A stretch of 64,000 bases of DNA from Mobula hypostoma (GCF_963921235.1 NC_086108.1:78742001-78806000); one strand, 5' to 3'. Shown: positions 33,373 to 47,400, counted from the stretch's first letter. The notes: generated from the letters alone by a model not told the origin. Program-made: numbers and translations.

Positions 33373-33989
33373 GTCCAGAGAACTTGTTTCAGTTGTATAA
33401 AATCTACATCAAGTAGTAGGGTAGGCAATGGAGACAGTAAATTGGGACAAAGGAGTAACTGCACAATCTGTATAAAGTTTGAAAGAGTTGAAGTGATTAG
33501 TTGTATCCATACATTAAACTCCTCAAAGACATGAAACAAGAGGCGATTTGCATCTTTAAAGACTTGAATAATTTACCTGTTTTAACTTCATTAATTTTTA
33601 TCTACCTTGGAACAAATCCTATTGAAACTTCACAGATGAATGAACATTTTAATGAAGGAAAATTGCCTTAAACCTTTACCTTATGTTTATTGATTTATTA
33701 ATAATAAATTACAACATTTCAATAATGCCCATCATGCTGACATTTAACCAAATCTTTTATGCTTTATTTCCTGAAGCATCTATTATTCAACATATTTTCC
33801 TAACTTGTCTTGGTTTATAAGTTTATCTACTGCATTCAAACTATAATTAGATGTTTAATTTAAACCATCCTGAAGAGTTTATTTAAATAGCTGCTATTCA
33901 CACATATGCCAATGATGAAGGGCATTGGACTTTTGACTACATGCGGCCTTAAAGGCGAGCCTGTCACCGTCTTCATCAGGCACCTTTGT

Positions 33990-34400
33990 AAATGCACAGA
34001 AACCAGCCTCCCCTCCATGGATTCAGTCTGCATGTCATGCTACCTCCGTAAAGCAGCTAATAAACCCACCCAACCTGGACACTCTTGGTCCTCTTTCTCC
34101 CCCCTCCCCTCCCACCCCCGCTGAAGATACAAAAGCCTGACCAGGCTTAAGGACGACTATTGCATGGTTACCTAGTACGATAAAATGAACTCGTAACCTC
34201 ACAGATTACCTCCACATGACCTTGTATCTACTTGTCTACTTGCACTGCACTTTCTCTGTAACTGCAACACTTTATTCTGCATTCTGTTGATCTTTTCCTT
34301 TGGACTACCTCAATGCACTGGTGTAATAAAATATACAGACGGTATCCAAAACAATTTTTTTCACTGTACCCCAGTACATGTGACAATAATAAACCAATTT
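33990..34400 (+). mobile_element. Rex1/Babar-type 3' fragment
   Basis: accagcctcccctccatgga...gaagatacaaaagcctga...catgtgacaataataaacc; the same tail recurs at about 48815-49010. Confidence 0.7.
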
Positions 34401-34626
34401 ACCAATTTTCATTGCGCTCTCAGGATAGCAAGCAGCGAGAAATGTTATATATTCTTTCCTCCTCAGCTCAAGTACACCAATATTGGAGTCACATGGTCAT
34501 ACAGCATGAAAACAGGCCCTTCGACCCATCTTGTCCATACCAACCAAGATGCATATTTAAACCATTCCCTTTTGCCCACATATGGCCCATATCCTCTCAA
34601 TATTCCCATTCCATGTACCTGTTCAA

Positions 34627-36562
34627 ATGAAGAGAAAGGATTGGGAAGTTTTTAAAACCTTACAAAAGGAAACCAAGAAGGTCATTAGGAGAGAAAAGAT
34701 TAACGATGAAAGGAAGCTAGCAAATAATATCGAAGAGGATACTAAAAGCTTTTTCAAGTATATAAAGAGTAAAAGACAGGTGAGAGTAGATATAGGACCG
34801 ATAGAAAATGATGCTGGAGAAATTGCAATGGGAGATGAGGAAATGGCAGAGGAACTGAACGAGTATTTTGCATCAGCCTTCACTGAGGAAGCCAGCAGTA
34901 TACCGGACACTCAAGGGTGGCAGGGAAGAGAAGTGTGCGCAGTCACAATTATGACAGAGAAAGTACTCAGGAAGCTGAATAGGCTAAAGGTAGATAAATC
35001 TCCTGGACCAGATGGAACGCACCCTCGTGTTCTGAAGAAAGTAGCTGTGGAGATTGCGGAGGCATTAGCGATGATCTTTCAAAAGTCGATAGATTCTGGC
35101 ATGGTTCCGGAGGACTGGAAGATTGCAAATGTCACTCCACTAATTAAGAAGGGGGCAAGGAAGCAAAAAGGAAATTATAGACCTGTTAGCTTGACATCCG
35201 TGGTTGGGAAGTTGTTGGAGTCGATTGTCAAGGATGAGGTTACAGAGTACCTGGAGGCATATGACAAGATAGGCAGAACTCAGCATGGATTCCTTAAAGG
35301 AAAATCCTGCCTGACAAACCTATTACAATTTTTTGAGGAAATTACCAGTAGGCTAGACAAGGGAGATGCAGTGGATGTTGTAAATTTGGATTTTCAGAAG
35401 GCCTTTTCAAGGGGCCACACGAGGCTACTTAACAAGATAAGAGCCCATGGAATTACAGGAAAGTTACATACGTGGATAGAGCGTTGGCTGATTGGCAGGA
35501 AACAGAGTGGGAATAAAGGGATCCTATTCTGGTTAGCTGTCGATTACCAGTGGTGTTCCACAGGGATCAGTGTTGGGACCGGTTCTTTTTACATTGTACA
35601 TCAACGATTTAGATTATGGAATAGATGGCTTTGTGGCTAAGTTTGCTGACAATACGAAGATAGGTGGAGGGGCTGGTAATGCTGAGGAAACGGAGAGTCT
35701 GCAGAGAGACTTGGATAGATTGGAAGAATGGGCAGAGAAGTGGCAAATGAAGTACAATGTTGGAAAGTGTATGGTTATGCACTTTGGCAGAAAAAATAAA
35801 CGGGCAGACTATTATTTAAATGGGGAAAGAATTCAAAGTTCTGAGATGCGACGGAACTTGGGAGTCCTCGTACAGGATATCCTTAAAGTTAACCTCCAAG
35901 TTGAGTCAGTAGTGAAGAAGGCAAATGCAATGCTGGCATTCATTTCTAGAGGAATAGAGTATAGGAGCAGGGATGTGATGTTGAGGCTCTATAAGGCACT
36001 GGTGAGACCTCACTTGGAGTACTGTGGGCAGTTTTGGTCTCCTTATTTAGGAAAGGATGTGCTGACGTTGCAGAGGGTACAGAGAAGATTCACTAGAATG
36101 ATTCTGGGAATGAGAGGGTTAACATATGAGGAACGTTTGTCCGCTCTTGGACTCTATTCCTTGGAGTTTAGAAGAACGAAGGGAGACCTCATAGAAACAT
36201 GAGTGGACAGAGTGGATGTGGCAAAGTTGTTTCCCATGATGGGGGAGTCTACTACGAGAGGGCATGACTTAAGGATTGAAGGGCGCCCTTTCAGAACAGA
36301 AATGCGAAGAAATTTTTTTTGTCAGAGGGTGGTGAATCTATGGAATTTGTTGCCACGGGCAGCAGTGGAGGCCAAGTCATTGGGTGTATTTAAGGCAGAG
36401 ATTGATAGGTATCTGAGTAGCCAGGGCATCAAAAGTTATGGTGAGAAGGCAGGGGAGTGGGACTAAATAGGAGAAAATGGATCAGCTCATGATAACATGG
36501 CGGAGCAGACTCGATGGGCCGAATGGCCTACTTCTGCTCCTTTGTCTTATAGTCTTATGGTC
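34627..36562 (+). mobile_element. 5'-truncated CR1 (RT to 3' end), relatively young
   Basis: Long ORFs 34582-36466 with KSPGPDG, NYRPVSLTS, QHGF, DFQKAF and FADNTK (catalytic D>N); tail tcttatagtcttatggtc. Confidence 0.95.
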
Positions 36563-36574
36563 TTCCACTGCCCC

Positions 36575-37140
36575 TCACCACTTATTCATTTATTTAGGTA
36601 AATACTGTAACAGGACCCTGTTGTCCAATTACACCCATGTGTGTTACAACACGCATCTGATCAAGTCAGCCTCCAGGATTTAGACAATCCAACTCTCCAG
36701 AACATGGATAGCTGGTGCAACCCTTTAAAGACTCAGTCCAGCCCCACTAACTGGCAGCCATGTTTAGGCACCAGGATTTTAATATTTAAAGAGCACCTGA
36801 ACTGAGGTTCAGTGCTCAATCATCAACTCAACTTTGGATTCTTGTCTGGTGTCTTGTTCAGAACCCTGTTCTCGTCTCAGTCTCATAACGTTGTGTCGAT
36901 TATCATCTCGGGTACTCCAGCACTTTGTGCCCTAACCATCCTTGCCAAAGTCTATCATCACAATGTGAACGATTAACCTACTAACCTGTACATCTTTGGA
37001 ATGTGGGAGGAAACCAGAGCACCCGGAGGAAACCCATTCAGTCATGAGGAGAATGTACAAACTCTACAGATAACATAGAACTGAACCTCGGTTACTAGTA
37101 CTGTAACAGTGTACATTAACTGCTACACTACCATGCTGTC
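36575..37140 (-). mobile_element. HE1/V-SINE-like SINE interrupted by a solo LTR
   Basis: ccaattacacccatgtg|...|aacgattaacctactaacc...tgtgggaggaaaccagagcacccggagg. Confidence 0.75.
36642..36962. mobile_element. Short solo LTR (321 bp)
   Basis: tgttac...atcaca termini; perfect 5-bp TSD atgtg (36637-36641 / 36963-36967). Confidence 0.8.
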
Positions 37141-38199
37141 CACAAAGTGCTGTCACATGGAACAGATCATCTAACTCTCTACAGCTCAGCTGCCGACTGT
37201 GCTTACATAGCCAAGATTTTCAATGAGCTGCATGTTATACAGTTTAAATAGAAACTGCCTCTATTAAAATTCTGGAAATTGCAATTAATGAATAAATATA
37301 CGCTCATACCTCCAACATTATTTGAAAATTAGTCTGAAAAATAGTATAATTTTAAGAATAATACTTAAGTTCAAAGAATCGAGATTTCCAAACATCAATT
37401 TGGAAATAACCAGCTGTCACTATATTAAAATCTCCTCTGTACCCACCAATTAAGCATGCTAGGAAAGAACACTAGTCTAAGATTAGCAGCATTGTACTTC
37501 AAAAAATATATTTTCTCAGCTCCTGACTGCTTTCCAACCCCTGACATTGTTAACAAAGATCATGGCACTCACTTGTAGTTCAAAGAAGTATTTCCTAATA
37601 TTTCCTGTCTGCCTGCAAGATAACTGAAGGATGAAATCATTGATAATCTTACATTAAATACCAAATAAGGCACATTCTGCTGCGCCCCATTAACCACACC
37701 CACGAGGGATATCAAAGGACAACAATATTTAAATTTAAATTTTGTTTTAAAATATGTTTGTAAAACTGTGAACAAGAGCCTAAAATCACAGATATGCAAA
37801 CAGAAAATGGGAGAGTGGGGGGAAAAGCTGAGAAAGGATGGCATGGCGTAAACCTTGTACTGCTGGGACACAAAAGCTCCTAAGGCAAGAAATAAATAAC
37901 AGAAATGGAGAAGACGTACAGTGAAAATCCTTCTTCATTGTCCATCACACACTGCTGAGGAAGGCGTAGTTATGCCTTCAGTAATTGGCCATAGCTCCCA
38001 TCTCAAAACACTGGGGAACCAAAAATAGACGTTATAAATACATTTTTATATATATACATATATAAAAGGAAGAAACAGTGCAAAAGAAATTTACATTTGT
38101 CATCAGTACACTAAGTAGTGTAAAATATTAATGAGGGAGAAAAGACAAACAAAATATAGTACCATTGTTATCAATTAGCTCCCTAAAGTGATACCTTTT

Positions 38200-39030
38200 C
38201 CATTGTTTGAGGGGTCTCACCACCTAACTCCCTCCCTTCCATGTATGGCAGTGGAAGGAGTCCATGCTGTGGTCCTTCCTCACAGAGCGTTAGCCACGTC
38301 TGCACCAAGCATTAGTGTGCTCCTCCTTACTCACACCTGCAGCCTGGACTGAGCCAGTTTGCAGCATTCCTTTATTGACAGCTGACTGTGCTGGAAGATC
38401 AGCAAGTTTCGGCTGACCAATGGCTGTTCTTCACCGAGTGGATGACCCTCCAGATCTCTGTCCAGATGAGCGCCCCCAGGAAAAGTCCAGAGATCAGCAA
38501 CTCCTCTGGTAGGCGAATGCTGGTGATGAACCAGGACGAGGACCCCTGAATCCGCCTCTGCAACCCCTTAGCAAATCCACAGCCTGCAAAGAGGTGGGAG
38601 ACTGCTATTTCCCTACCACAGCCATCCCACGTGGCACGTTTATGTCGTCCACATAGCAAGTCTAACTGGAGGTCACCTCTCATCACCATATAGACAAGGT
38701 CTTGGTGCTTGTTGGTTAGGACTAGCGATGAACCATTCTACCATATGGTTTGAACCGTCTGTTCCAAGGAAAAGCCCAGAGAATCCATAGTGTCCCACTC
38801 TTGCAGTGCCTGCAATACATTCCAGTGTTAGTGCTGAACTTTTACAACAGGTTGCAAAGGTAGACAGGAATTCATGAAGCATTTATTTCTATAGATACAA
38901 GCTTTTCTTGTGGACTCCTACTATGACACAAAAGGTCATCAGAGTTACAAGTCATTCCAAGGAAATCGAGGTATGTCTGATGTCGCTGGATATGTTCTCG
39001 ACAAGCTATTGCAAGTGTAAACATCAGGGG
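38200..39030 (-). mobile_element. Decayed Tx1/L1-clade LINE, C-terminal zf-RVT region
   Basis: Minus ORF DGCGREIAVSHLFAGCGFAK...LFLGA...IWRVIHSVKNSHWSA resembles the CCHC zinc knuckle at the end of Tx1/L1 ORF2. Confidence 0.65.
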
Positions 39031-39264
39031 GCAAAAACTCCTTAAAAACTTTTAGACTGCCACTAACTTTTCTCTATCAAAGCATGTTTGTTGTGCGAAT
39101 TATTGGACATCAAGCATTTCTATGTTAGATAGTTCACAGTAGCACAGCAGGCAAACAGGATGGAAATGGTACAATTACAAGAGAAAGCTGCATCAACCGA
39201 ATTTGCAGGGGTGTGCATTTTTCTGAAGAAGGTGCTATAGATAAAACATACAGAGTGATGGCAA

Positions 39265-39520
39265 ATAGCCGCTGTAGCATTAGTGTAGCGGTTAGCACAA
39301 CGCCAGTAAGGGGCAGAGCTCATAGTTCAGTTACAGCGCCATCCATAAGGAATCTCTGTACGTCTCCCTGTGGAATGCATGGGTTTTCCCTGGGTGCTAC
39401 GGTTTCCTCCCACAAGCCAAAGACATACCAGATTAAACGGTCATTGAAAATTGCCCCACGACTAGGTTAGAGTAAATTCAGGGTTGTCAGGGATTGCTGA
39501 GGCAGTACAGCCCAAAGGAC
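39265..39520 (+). mobile_element. HE1/V-SINE-like SINE
   Basis: tagtgtagcggttagc head; gggtgctacggtttcctcccacaagccaaagac core. Confidence 0.75.
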
Positions 39521-40310
39521 CAGAAGGAATCAGAAGTGGAAAGGGTAAGCAGTTTCAAGACCCCGAGTGTCAAAATCTCTAAGGATCTATCTCTGAGGGC
39601 CCAACATATTGAAGCAATTACAAAGAAGGTACAACAGCGGCTATATTTCATTAGCAGTTTGAGGAGATTTGCATATGTCACTAAAGACACTTGCAAATTT
39701 CTACAGATGTACGTGGGGAGCATTCCAACTGGTTACATCACTGTCTAGTATGGAACGGTCACTGCACAGGATTGGAAAAGGCTGCAGAAAGTTGTCAACT
39801 CATCCAGCTCTATCATGGGCACTAGCCTCCCCAGCACGCATGGCACCTTCAAAAGGCAATGCCTCAAAAAGTGGTGTTATGTTTCGTAACTCCAAAACAT
39901 TAAACTAATTGAAAGAAAAACACAGAGCTGGGATGACTTGTGTACATTCTTACTTTTAGCGAGATGCACACATATAATGTGGAGGTGTGATGCCATGTAA
40001 GTACTTTTCCATTTAACTTGTAATGAACTATTTTAACAACAAAGAATACATAATCAAACAATATATTTACAATATTACTCAAATATTGTTGATATATTAA
40101 ATACACAACAGGTGGATTACATTATTAAGGACCCCCATCACCCAGGACATGCCCTTTTCTTATTACTACCATCGAGGAGATCCAAGAGCCTGAAGATTCA
40201 CACTGAACATTTCAGGAACAGCTTCTTCCCCTCCACCATCAGAATTCTGAATGGCCAATGTACCCATGAACACTACCTCAAAATTTTTTTCCTCTCTTTC
40301 TGTACTCTTG
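39520..40310 (+). mobile_element. Rex1/Babar 3' fragment interrupted by a solo LTR and a SINE
   Basis: EVERVSSFK...ITKKVQQRLYFISSLRRF; IIKDPHHPGHALFLLLPS. Confidence 0.88.
39875..40110. mobile_element. Short solo LTR-like insertion (236 bp)
   Basis: tgttatg...cacaaca termini; 5-bp TSD agtgg/ggtgg; splits the Rex1 sequence cleanly. Confidence 0.75.
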
Positions 40311-40550
40311 GTGTTGGGCACGTAGCCAAGTGGTTAAGTCATTCATCTAGTTATCTCAAGGTCACTAGTTCGAGCCTCAGCTGTGGTGGCGTGTTTGTGC
40401 CTTTGAGCACAGCACTTAATCACACATTGCTCTAGTCTGTGTGAGGAGTGGCACCCCACACAGACTTCCAATCTGCGCCTTGTAAGGCATGAAAATGTCC
40501 GACGCAGACCTCTCATGGTCTGAGTCGACGCTCCCTCCCTCCCCTCCCTT
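40310..40550 (+). mobile_element. tRNA-derived SINE
   Basis: A box tagccaagtgg, B box gttcgagcc, body tgtgcctttgagcacagcacttaa, (ccct)n tail, approximate TSD tgtact. Confidence 0.8.
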
Positions 40551-40569
40551 TGTACTACACATTTAATTT

Positions 40570-43210
40570 ATTGGACCAAACTGCCGATTCGGAAAAAGCA
40601 AAAGGAAGAGGTGTGCGTTTCATGATAAACTCTCAGTTTTGTTAAACTCGTGCTCCCGCAACTCAAAACACCTAACGGTAAAAACCTGTCCATTCTAATT
40701 ACCAAGGGAGTTCTCATCTGTGATCATGACTCCAATTTACATACTACCAGTGTCCAACTATAATCAAACGCTCTCGACACCTTATGATGCCATCTCCAAA
40801 CAAGAAACAGTCCACTCCAATGCATTTCAAATCATGGTCAATGACTTCAACCAGGCTTGTTTGAAGAAATCCCTGCTCAATCACCATCAGCATATAGCCT
40901 GCAGCACCAGAAGTCCCAACACACTAGGCCACTCTGATACTAAGTTATGAAATGCCTACTTTTCCACGCCCAGATTGCATTTCGGTAAATCGGATCATTT
41001 GGCTGTCCCCCTATTACCTGCATACAGGCAGAGGCTAAAGAGCAAAGCTCCAGAGGTAGGACAACAAAGAGGTAGTCATGGGAGGCTGAGGAGGAGCTAC
41101 AGGATTGCTTCGAGTCAGTGAACTAGGCCATGTTCAAGGACTCATCTGGGGATCTGAATGAATATACCACGGTTGTAATGGACTTTATTCAAACAGTTGT
41201 AGATGAGTCTGTCCCCACAAAATCATTCAGCCCTTAGATGAACCATGAAATCCATAAACTGCTGTGGGGCAGGTTAGAAGCATTAAAGTCTGGTGACCAA
41301 GAAAGTTACATGAGGTGCAGGTATAATCTCCAGGAAAGCCATCTCACGGGCAAGGTGGCAATTCCAGACTAAATTTGAATCAACAAAGGATATTTGAACA
41401 GTTGTGGCAGGGCTTGAATGCCATCACCTCTTATAGAGTAAAATCAAGCAGCATAGGCAAACAAAACGGCTTTGCTTCCAGATGAGTTCAATGGCTTCTA
41501 TGCTCACTTTGACCATCAAAACATGGAGGAACCAGCACGTACTCCCAGATCCCAAGGTAAGCCTATGGCTTCAGTCTCTGAAGCCGATGTACGAGCAGCC
41601 TTCAAGAGGGCGAACCCATGAAAAGCATCCAGCCCAGAAAAGGTACTTGGCCAACTACTAAAGACCTGAGCAGATAAATTGGCTGAAGTCTTCACTGAGA
41701 TCTTTAATCTCTCGCTTCGGCAGTGTGTGGTACCAACCTGCTCCAAGCAGGCTTCAATTAGACCAGTGGCCAAGAAGAGCATGGTGACCTGCCTCAATGA
41801 TTATTGCCCAGAGGCACTTACATACACAACGATGAAGTATTTTGAGAGGTTGGTGATGAAACATATCAATTCCTACCTGAGAAGTGACCTAGATCCATTC
41901 CAATCTGCCCACTGGAGCAACAGGTCCACAGCAGATGCCATCTAATTGGCTCTTCCCTCAACGCAGGACCAGCTGAACAGCAAAGATGTATACATCAGAA
42001 TGGTCTTTTATCAACTACAGCTCAGCATTCAATATCATCATTCCCTCGAGTCTAATCAAAGAGCATCAAGACCTTAGCCTTAATACCCCCCAGTGCAATT
42101 GAAACTTTGATTTCCTTACTTGCAGAGCCCAGTCAGCTCAGATAGGCAACGACATCTCCTCCATGTCCATCAGCACAAGGCACTACAAAGCTGTGCCTTA
42201 GTCCCCTGCTCTACTCACTTTACACTTATGACTGTGTGGCTGAGCACAACTCCAATGTCATGTTCAACTTTGATGACATCTCCACCATCATAGGCTGAAT
42301 CAAAAGTGGCAATGAATCAGCATATAGAAGGGAGATTGAAAATCTGGCTGAGGGTGGCATAACAACAACCTCTTACTCAATGTCAGCAAGACCAAGGAGC
42401 TGATTATAGATTTCAGAATGAAACCAGAGGTCCATGAGCCAGTCCTCATTGGAGAATCAAAGATGGAGAGGGTTAGCAACTTTAAATTATTTCAGTAGAC
42501 CTGTCCTAGGCACAGCAAGTAAATGCAATTACAAAGATTTGCCTCTATTTCCTTAGAAGTTTGTGGAGATTCAGCATGACATCGAAAACTTTGACAAACT
42601 TCTATAGTTGTGCAGTGAAGAGTATATTGACTGGATGCATCACAGCTTGGTATGGAAACACCAATGCTCTTCAACAAAAAAAAACCTACAAAAAGTAAAA
42701 ATACAGCCTAGTCCATCACGGGTAAAGCCCTCACCACCATCTATATGAAACACTGTCGCAGGAAAGCAGCATCCATCATCAGGGATCCACATCACCCAGG
42801 TCATGCTCTCTTCTCACTACTGCCATCAGGAAGGTGGTACAGGACTCTCAGGACTTACATTACCAGGTTCAGGAACAGTTACTACCCCTCAACTATCAGA
42901 CTCTTGAACCAAAGAGGATAACTTCACTCAAATTCACTTGCCCCATCATTGAAATGTTCCCACGACCAATGGACTCATTTTCAAGGACCCTTCTTCTCAT
43001 CTTTATGATTTATTTATTATTATTTCTTCTTTTTGTATTTGCATAGTTTGCTGTCTTCTGCACTCTGCTGAATACCCTAGTTGGGCGATCTTTCATTGAT
43101 TCTATTATGGTTATTATTCTGTAGATTTATTGAGTATGCCCACAAGAAATTGAATCTCAGGGTTGTATATGATGACCTATAGGTACTTTGATAGTAAATT
43201 TACTTTGAAC
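40570..43210 (+). mobile_element. Long decayed Rex1/Babar LINE (APE, RT and 3' end)
   Basis: VNDFNQACL, LAEVFTEIFNLSL...CLNDYCPEALT...FERLV, RSTADAI; tail aaatttactttgaac. Confidence 0.9.
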
Positions 43211-43214
43211 AACA

Positions 43215-43345
43215 GCATAATAACCAGTTCTTCCAGCCCAACGATCCCATACCACCCAATTACACCCACGTGACCAATTAATCTAATAACCCATACATCT
43301 TTGGAATGTGGGAGGAAACCAGAACACCCAGAGGAGAACCACGTT
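43215..43345 (-). mobile_element. HE1/V-SINE-like SINE fragment
   Basis: tttggaatgtgggaggaaaccagaacacccagagg. Confidence 0.75.
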
Positions 43346-44414
43346 TCTGATTCTGAGTTTCTCCAGCATATTGTGCGAGCTGAATACAACCTACTATCTG
43401 AAGGTATACCAAGAGCCCCTGTGGTAACCTTCTTTCGATTTCAGGCCAAGCCAGTGCATACCTGTAATTCGGAGTTAGATTGTCCTATTCACTTAATGGT
43501 TAAAAGTATCAAAACATAAAATTATCATACTTAATCTCCAGTTTTAAAAAATCCAGCTATCAGAAGAACACTTGAATACCTGTTTGTAAAAAAAATCAAT
43601 ATATTTCTGATTACTGCAACACCATGTCTGAAAAGCAAAATGAATAATTTCAGACTGTCAGTGAATATCTCTATTCTCAAAGCAATTTTAGTTGCTCTGA
43701 AGCAATTTGCCTCATATCAGACCATATGTAATAAGGCTGACTTCAAGGAGAGGGTTAGAATAGATCATTATACTTCCTGTCCTCCGCAGTCTTTTTACCA
43801 AGAGAAAATTTGAAACTCATCACCCGACAAAACTGTAAACCAACTAACTTTACCTGCTGTGTTTCAGCCTCTGTTGGTGAACTAGATGTTTTTTGACAAA
43901 CCATTCATTTCATTGATGCCATTATTACTCAGTAAATTCAGAGAACCCCATCACAATTTTTTACATGAGCTATTGAGTAATAAGGGTGTCAAATGTTACA
44001 GGGAAAAGAAAGGAGAATGGGGTTGAGAGGAAGAATAAATTAGATTTCAGCAAATGGCAGGACCAAATGACCTAATTCTGCTCCTATGTCTCATGGTCTA
44101 ATGCGTCAGAGAGCCCAAACCTGTGAATGATGAGATGGGGAAAACAGAGTAAGGAAGTCCATTTTACAATGAGTGGTAAAAGGGGTGGTGGGGGAAGAGG
44201 CAGGGAAGAGATGTGCACCTGCACCAAGCCAACACAGCAGCTAATGATAAAACCACATTGTCAGAATACATTTGAACAGTGTGTGCAGAGGACAGAGAAA
44301 AACGTGAAATGTGTTTCTCCAAAATGAAACGTTCCCTCCACAGGTTTCAATGAGCACTACATCACATACAAAAGTTCATAATCTGCAGTGCATTAAAGTA
44401 GTGGTGTCTTCACT

Positions 44415-47400
44415 CAGGTCGAGGAGAGAGAGCTTTAAAAATCAGTGCTTCATAGCCATTTTATCAGCTTGAACAGCGCCCAGTTGGAGCTTGCGATTCA
44501 TCAGCAAGGTCAAATAGACGTAAGACAGGAGCAAGTGGCACGGCCATTGTTGGAGTGGGGCAGTGTTGGCATGGGAAGACTTTTGGTTTTGGCTCAACAG
44601 GTTGGGTGATAACAGGCATGGGTACTTAAGCATCTGGTAAGCTTTTTCTTGCTCATTCTTCATCTGTTAGTGTATAGTTAGGGCAGTAAGAATCATTCCA
44701 AGGGCTGTGTTTTTTTTTTCTTTGTGTGAGATGTGGGAATTCTGGGAGACCTCCAGCCTCCCAGGTGCAGCGAGCTACAGTCGCTCAGAAAACATGTTAA
44801 AAAACTGGAGTTGCAACTCGAAGACCTTCGGCTCATAAGGGAAACTGAGGAGATGACAGATAGGAGCTACAGGGAGGTTAGACATCCTGAGGTTGCAGGA
44901 GGCAGGTGAATGGGTTACTGTCAGGAGAGGGAGGGAAATACACAGGCAGTACAGAGTACTCTGTGGCCGTTGCCCTCAATAACAAGTACAGTATATAGTT
45001 TTGGATAATATGGGGGGGGGGAGAAAAATGACCTACCAAGGGGGGCCCACAGCAACTAGGTCTCTGGTCTGGTTCTGAGGCTTAGGACAGAAGGGGGACG
45101 GGACAGGATTGCAGTAGTGATAGGAGATTCCATTGTTAGAGGAGTAGAGAGGAGAGTCTGTGGATGTGATAGAGAGACACAGATGGCACCTTGCCTCCCA
45201 GGTACCAGGGTCAGGGATGTCTCAGATTGCATCCATGACATTCTAAAGGGGGAGGGTGAGCAGCCGGATGTCTTGGTACATATTGGTATCAATAACATAG
45301 GAAGAAAAAGAGAGGAGGTCCTAAGGAGAAAATTTAGAGTTAGGTAGAAAGCTGAATAACAAAACTTCCAGGGTAGCAATCTCTGGATTGCTGCCTGTGC
45401 CAGTGAGGAAAAGCTTGCTAGAGCTACCAGGGAGTGTTTAAACTAATTTGGGAACTGGAGTGATAGGGCTGAGGTTAAGGATGTTAGTTTACAAGCAGAA
45501 GTAACATACAGTGAGACTGTGAGGCAGATGATGGGGCAAAAATGCAGCAGTGAGATGGGTTGCAATGTAAAAGGAGGACAAAATTGAATAGAGTGAGAAA
45601 TGCAAGACAGAAGGCGTTTTATTTGAATGCACACAGTATACGAAATAAGGTAGATGACCTTGTAGTGCAGTTAAAGATTGGCAGATACAACGTTGTGAGT
45701 ATAATGGAGTCATGGCTAAAAAACTATTGTAGCTGGAAGCCTAATATCCAAGGATACAAAATCTCTCGAAAGGCCAGACAGATAGGCAGAGGAGGAGGAG
45801 TGGTTCTGTAAGTAAAAAAAATTGAAATCAAATCTTTGCAAAGAGATGACATAGGATCAGAAGATACAGAATCTTGTGAGTAAAGTTAAGAAACTCTCCT
45901 GATGGGAGTTGTTTACAGGCCTCCGAACAGTAGCTAGGATGTTGTCTACAAAGTACACCGGGAAACAGAAAAAGCACGCCAAAAAGGCAGTGTTATGTTA
46001 GTCATGGGGATTTCAATATGCAGATATATTGGAAAAATCAAGTTGATGCCAGTTCCCAAAAGAGTGAATTTGTTGAATGTCTCCGAGATGGCTTTTAGGA
46101 GCAGCTTGTGGTTGAGCCCACTAGGGGATCAGTAATTCTGACCTGGGTGTTGTGTATTGAACCAGATATAAGGTAAAGCAACCCTGAGGAAATATTGATC
46201 ATAATATGATAGAATTCGCATGGGAATTTGAGAAGGAGAAGCTAAAATCAGCTAAATCAGTACTACAGTGGAGTACAGGGAATTATACAGGCATAAGAGA
46301 AGAGCTGGCCAAATTTGATTGGAAAGGGACCCAAGCAAGGATGTCGGTAGACCAGTGATGGCTGGAGTTTCTGGGTGTAATTCAGAAGGTGCAAGATACC
46401 CACAGCCCAAAGAAGAGGAAGTATTCTCAAGGCGAGGCAGGATGAAGCAACCATGGCCGACAAGGGAAATCAAAGCCAACATAAAAGCAAAAGAGAGGGC
46501 ATATAATAGGACAAAATTCAATGGGAAGTTAGAGAATTGGGAATTTTTTAAAAAAAGACAACAGAAGGCAACTAGAAAAGCTATCGAGGGGAGAAGCAGA
46601 AATATGAAGGTAAGCTAGCCAATAATATCAAAAATGATAACAAAGGTTTTTTACTGATATATAAAGAGTAAAAGAGAAACGAGTAGATATTGGAAAATGA
46701 CGCTTCTGAGATAGCAACAGGGACAAGGAAATGGTGAACGAACTGTATCTTGTATCAGTCTTCACTGTGGAAAACATAAGTAGCGTGCTGGACATTCGAG
46801 AGTATCAAGGGGCAGAAATGTGCACAGTTGCTATTACTCGGGAGATGGTGCTTGGAAAACTGAAAGGTCTGAAGGTAGAAGGTAGATAAGTCATCCAGAC
46901 CTGATGGATTACACCCCAGGGATTCTGAAAGTGTAACTGATGTGATGGTGGAGGCACAAGTAATGATCTTTCAAGAATCAATAGAGATGGTTCTGGAGGA
47001 ATGGAAACTTGCAAATGTCACTCCACTCTTCAAGAAGGGATGGAGACAGAAGAAAGGAAATTACAGGCCAGATAGCCTGACCTTAGTGGTTGGGAAGATG
47101 CTGGTGTCAATTGCTAGGATGTGGCTTCAGGGTACTTGGAGGCACATAATAAAATAGGACAAACAAATGGTTTCACTAAAGGAAGATCTTGCCTGACAAA
47201 TCTGTTGGAATTCTTTGAAGAAATAACAAGCAAGATAGACAAAGTAGAATCGGTGGGTGTTGCATACTTGGGATTTCAGGAAGGCCTTAGACAAGGTGTC
47301 ACATGAGACTGCAAAAGAAGGTAAGAGCCTGGGATAGTACATGAAAGATTATAGCATGCATGAAGCATTGGCTGAGAGACAGGAGGCAAAATGTGGGAAT

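Noticed and set aside
34582..36466. Longest ORFs (352 and 210 aa) as a functional RT gene
   Set aside because: 5'-truncated CR1 with frameshifts, a stop, and FADNT in place of the catalytic (Y/F)ADD.
40310..40385. tRNA gene
   Set aside because: A and B boxes run into a SINE body and simple-repeat tail; no complete cloverleaf or T-run terminator.
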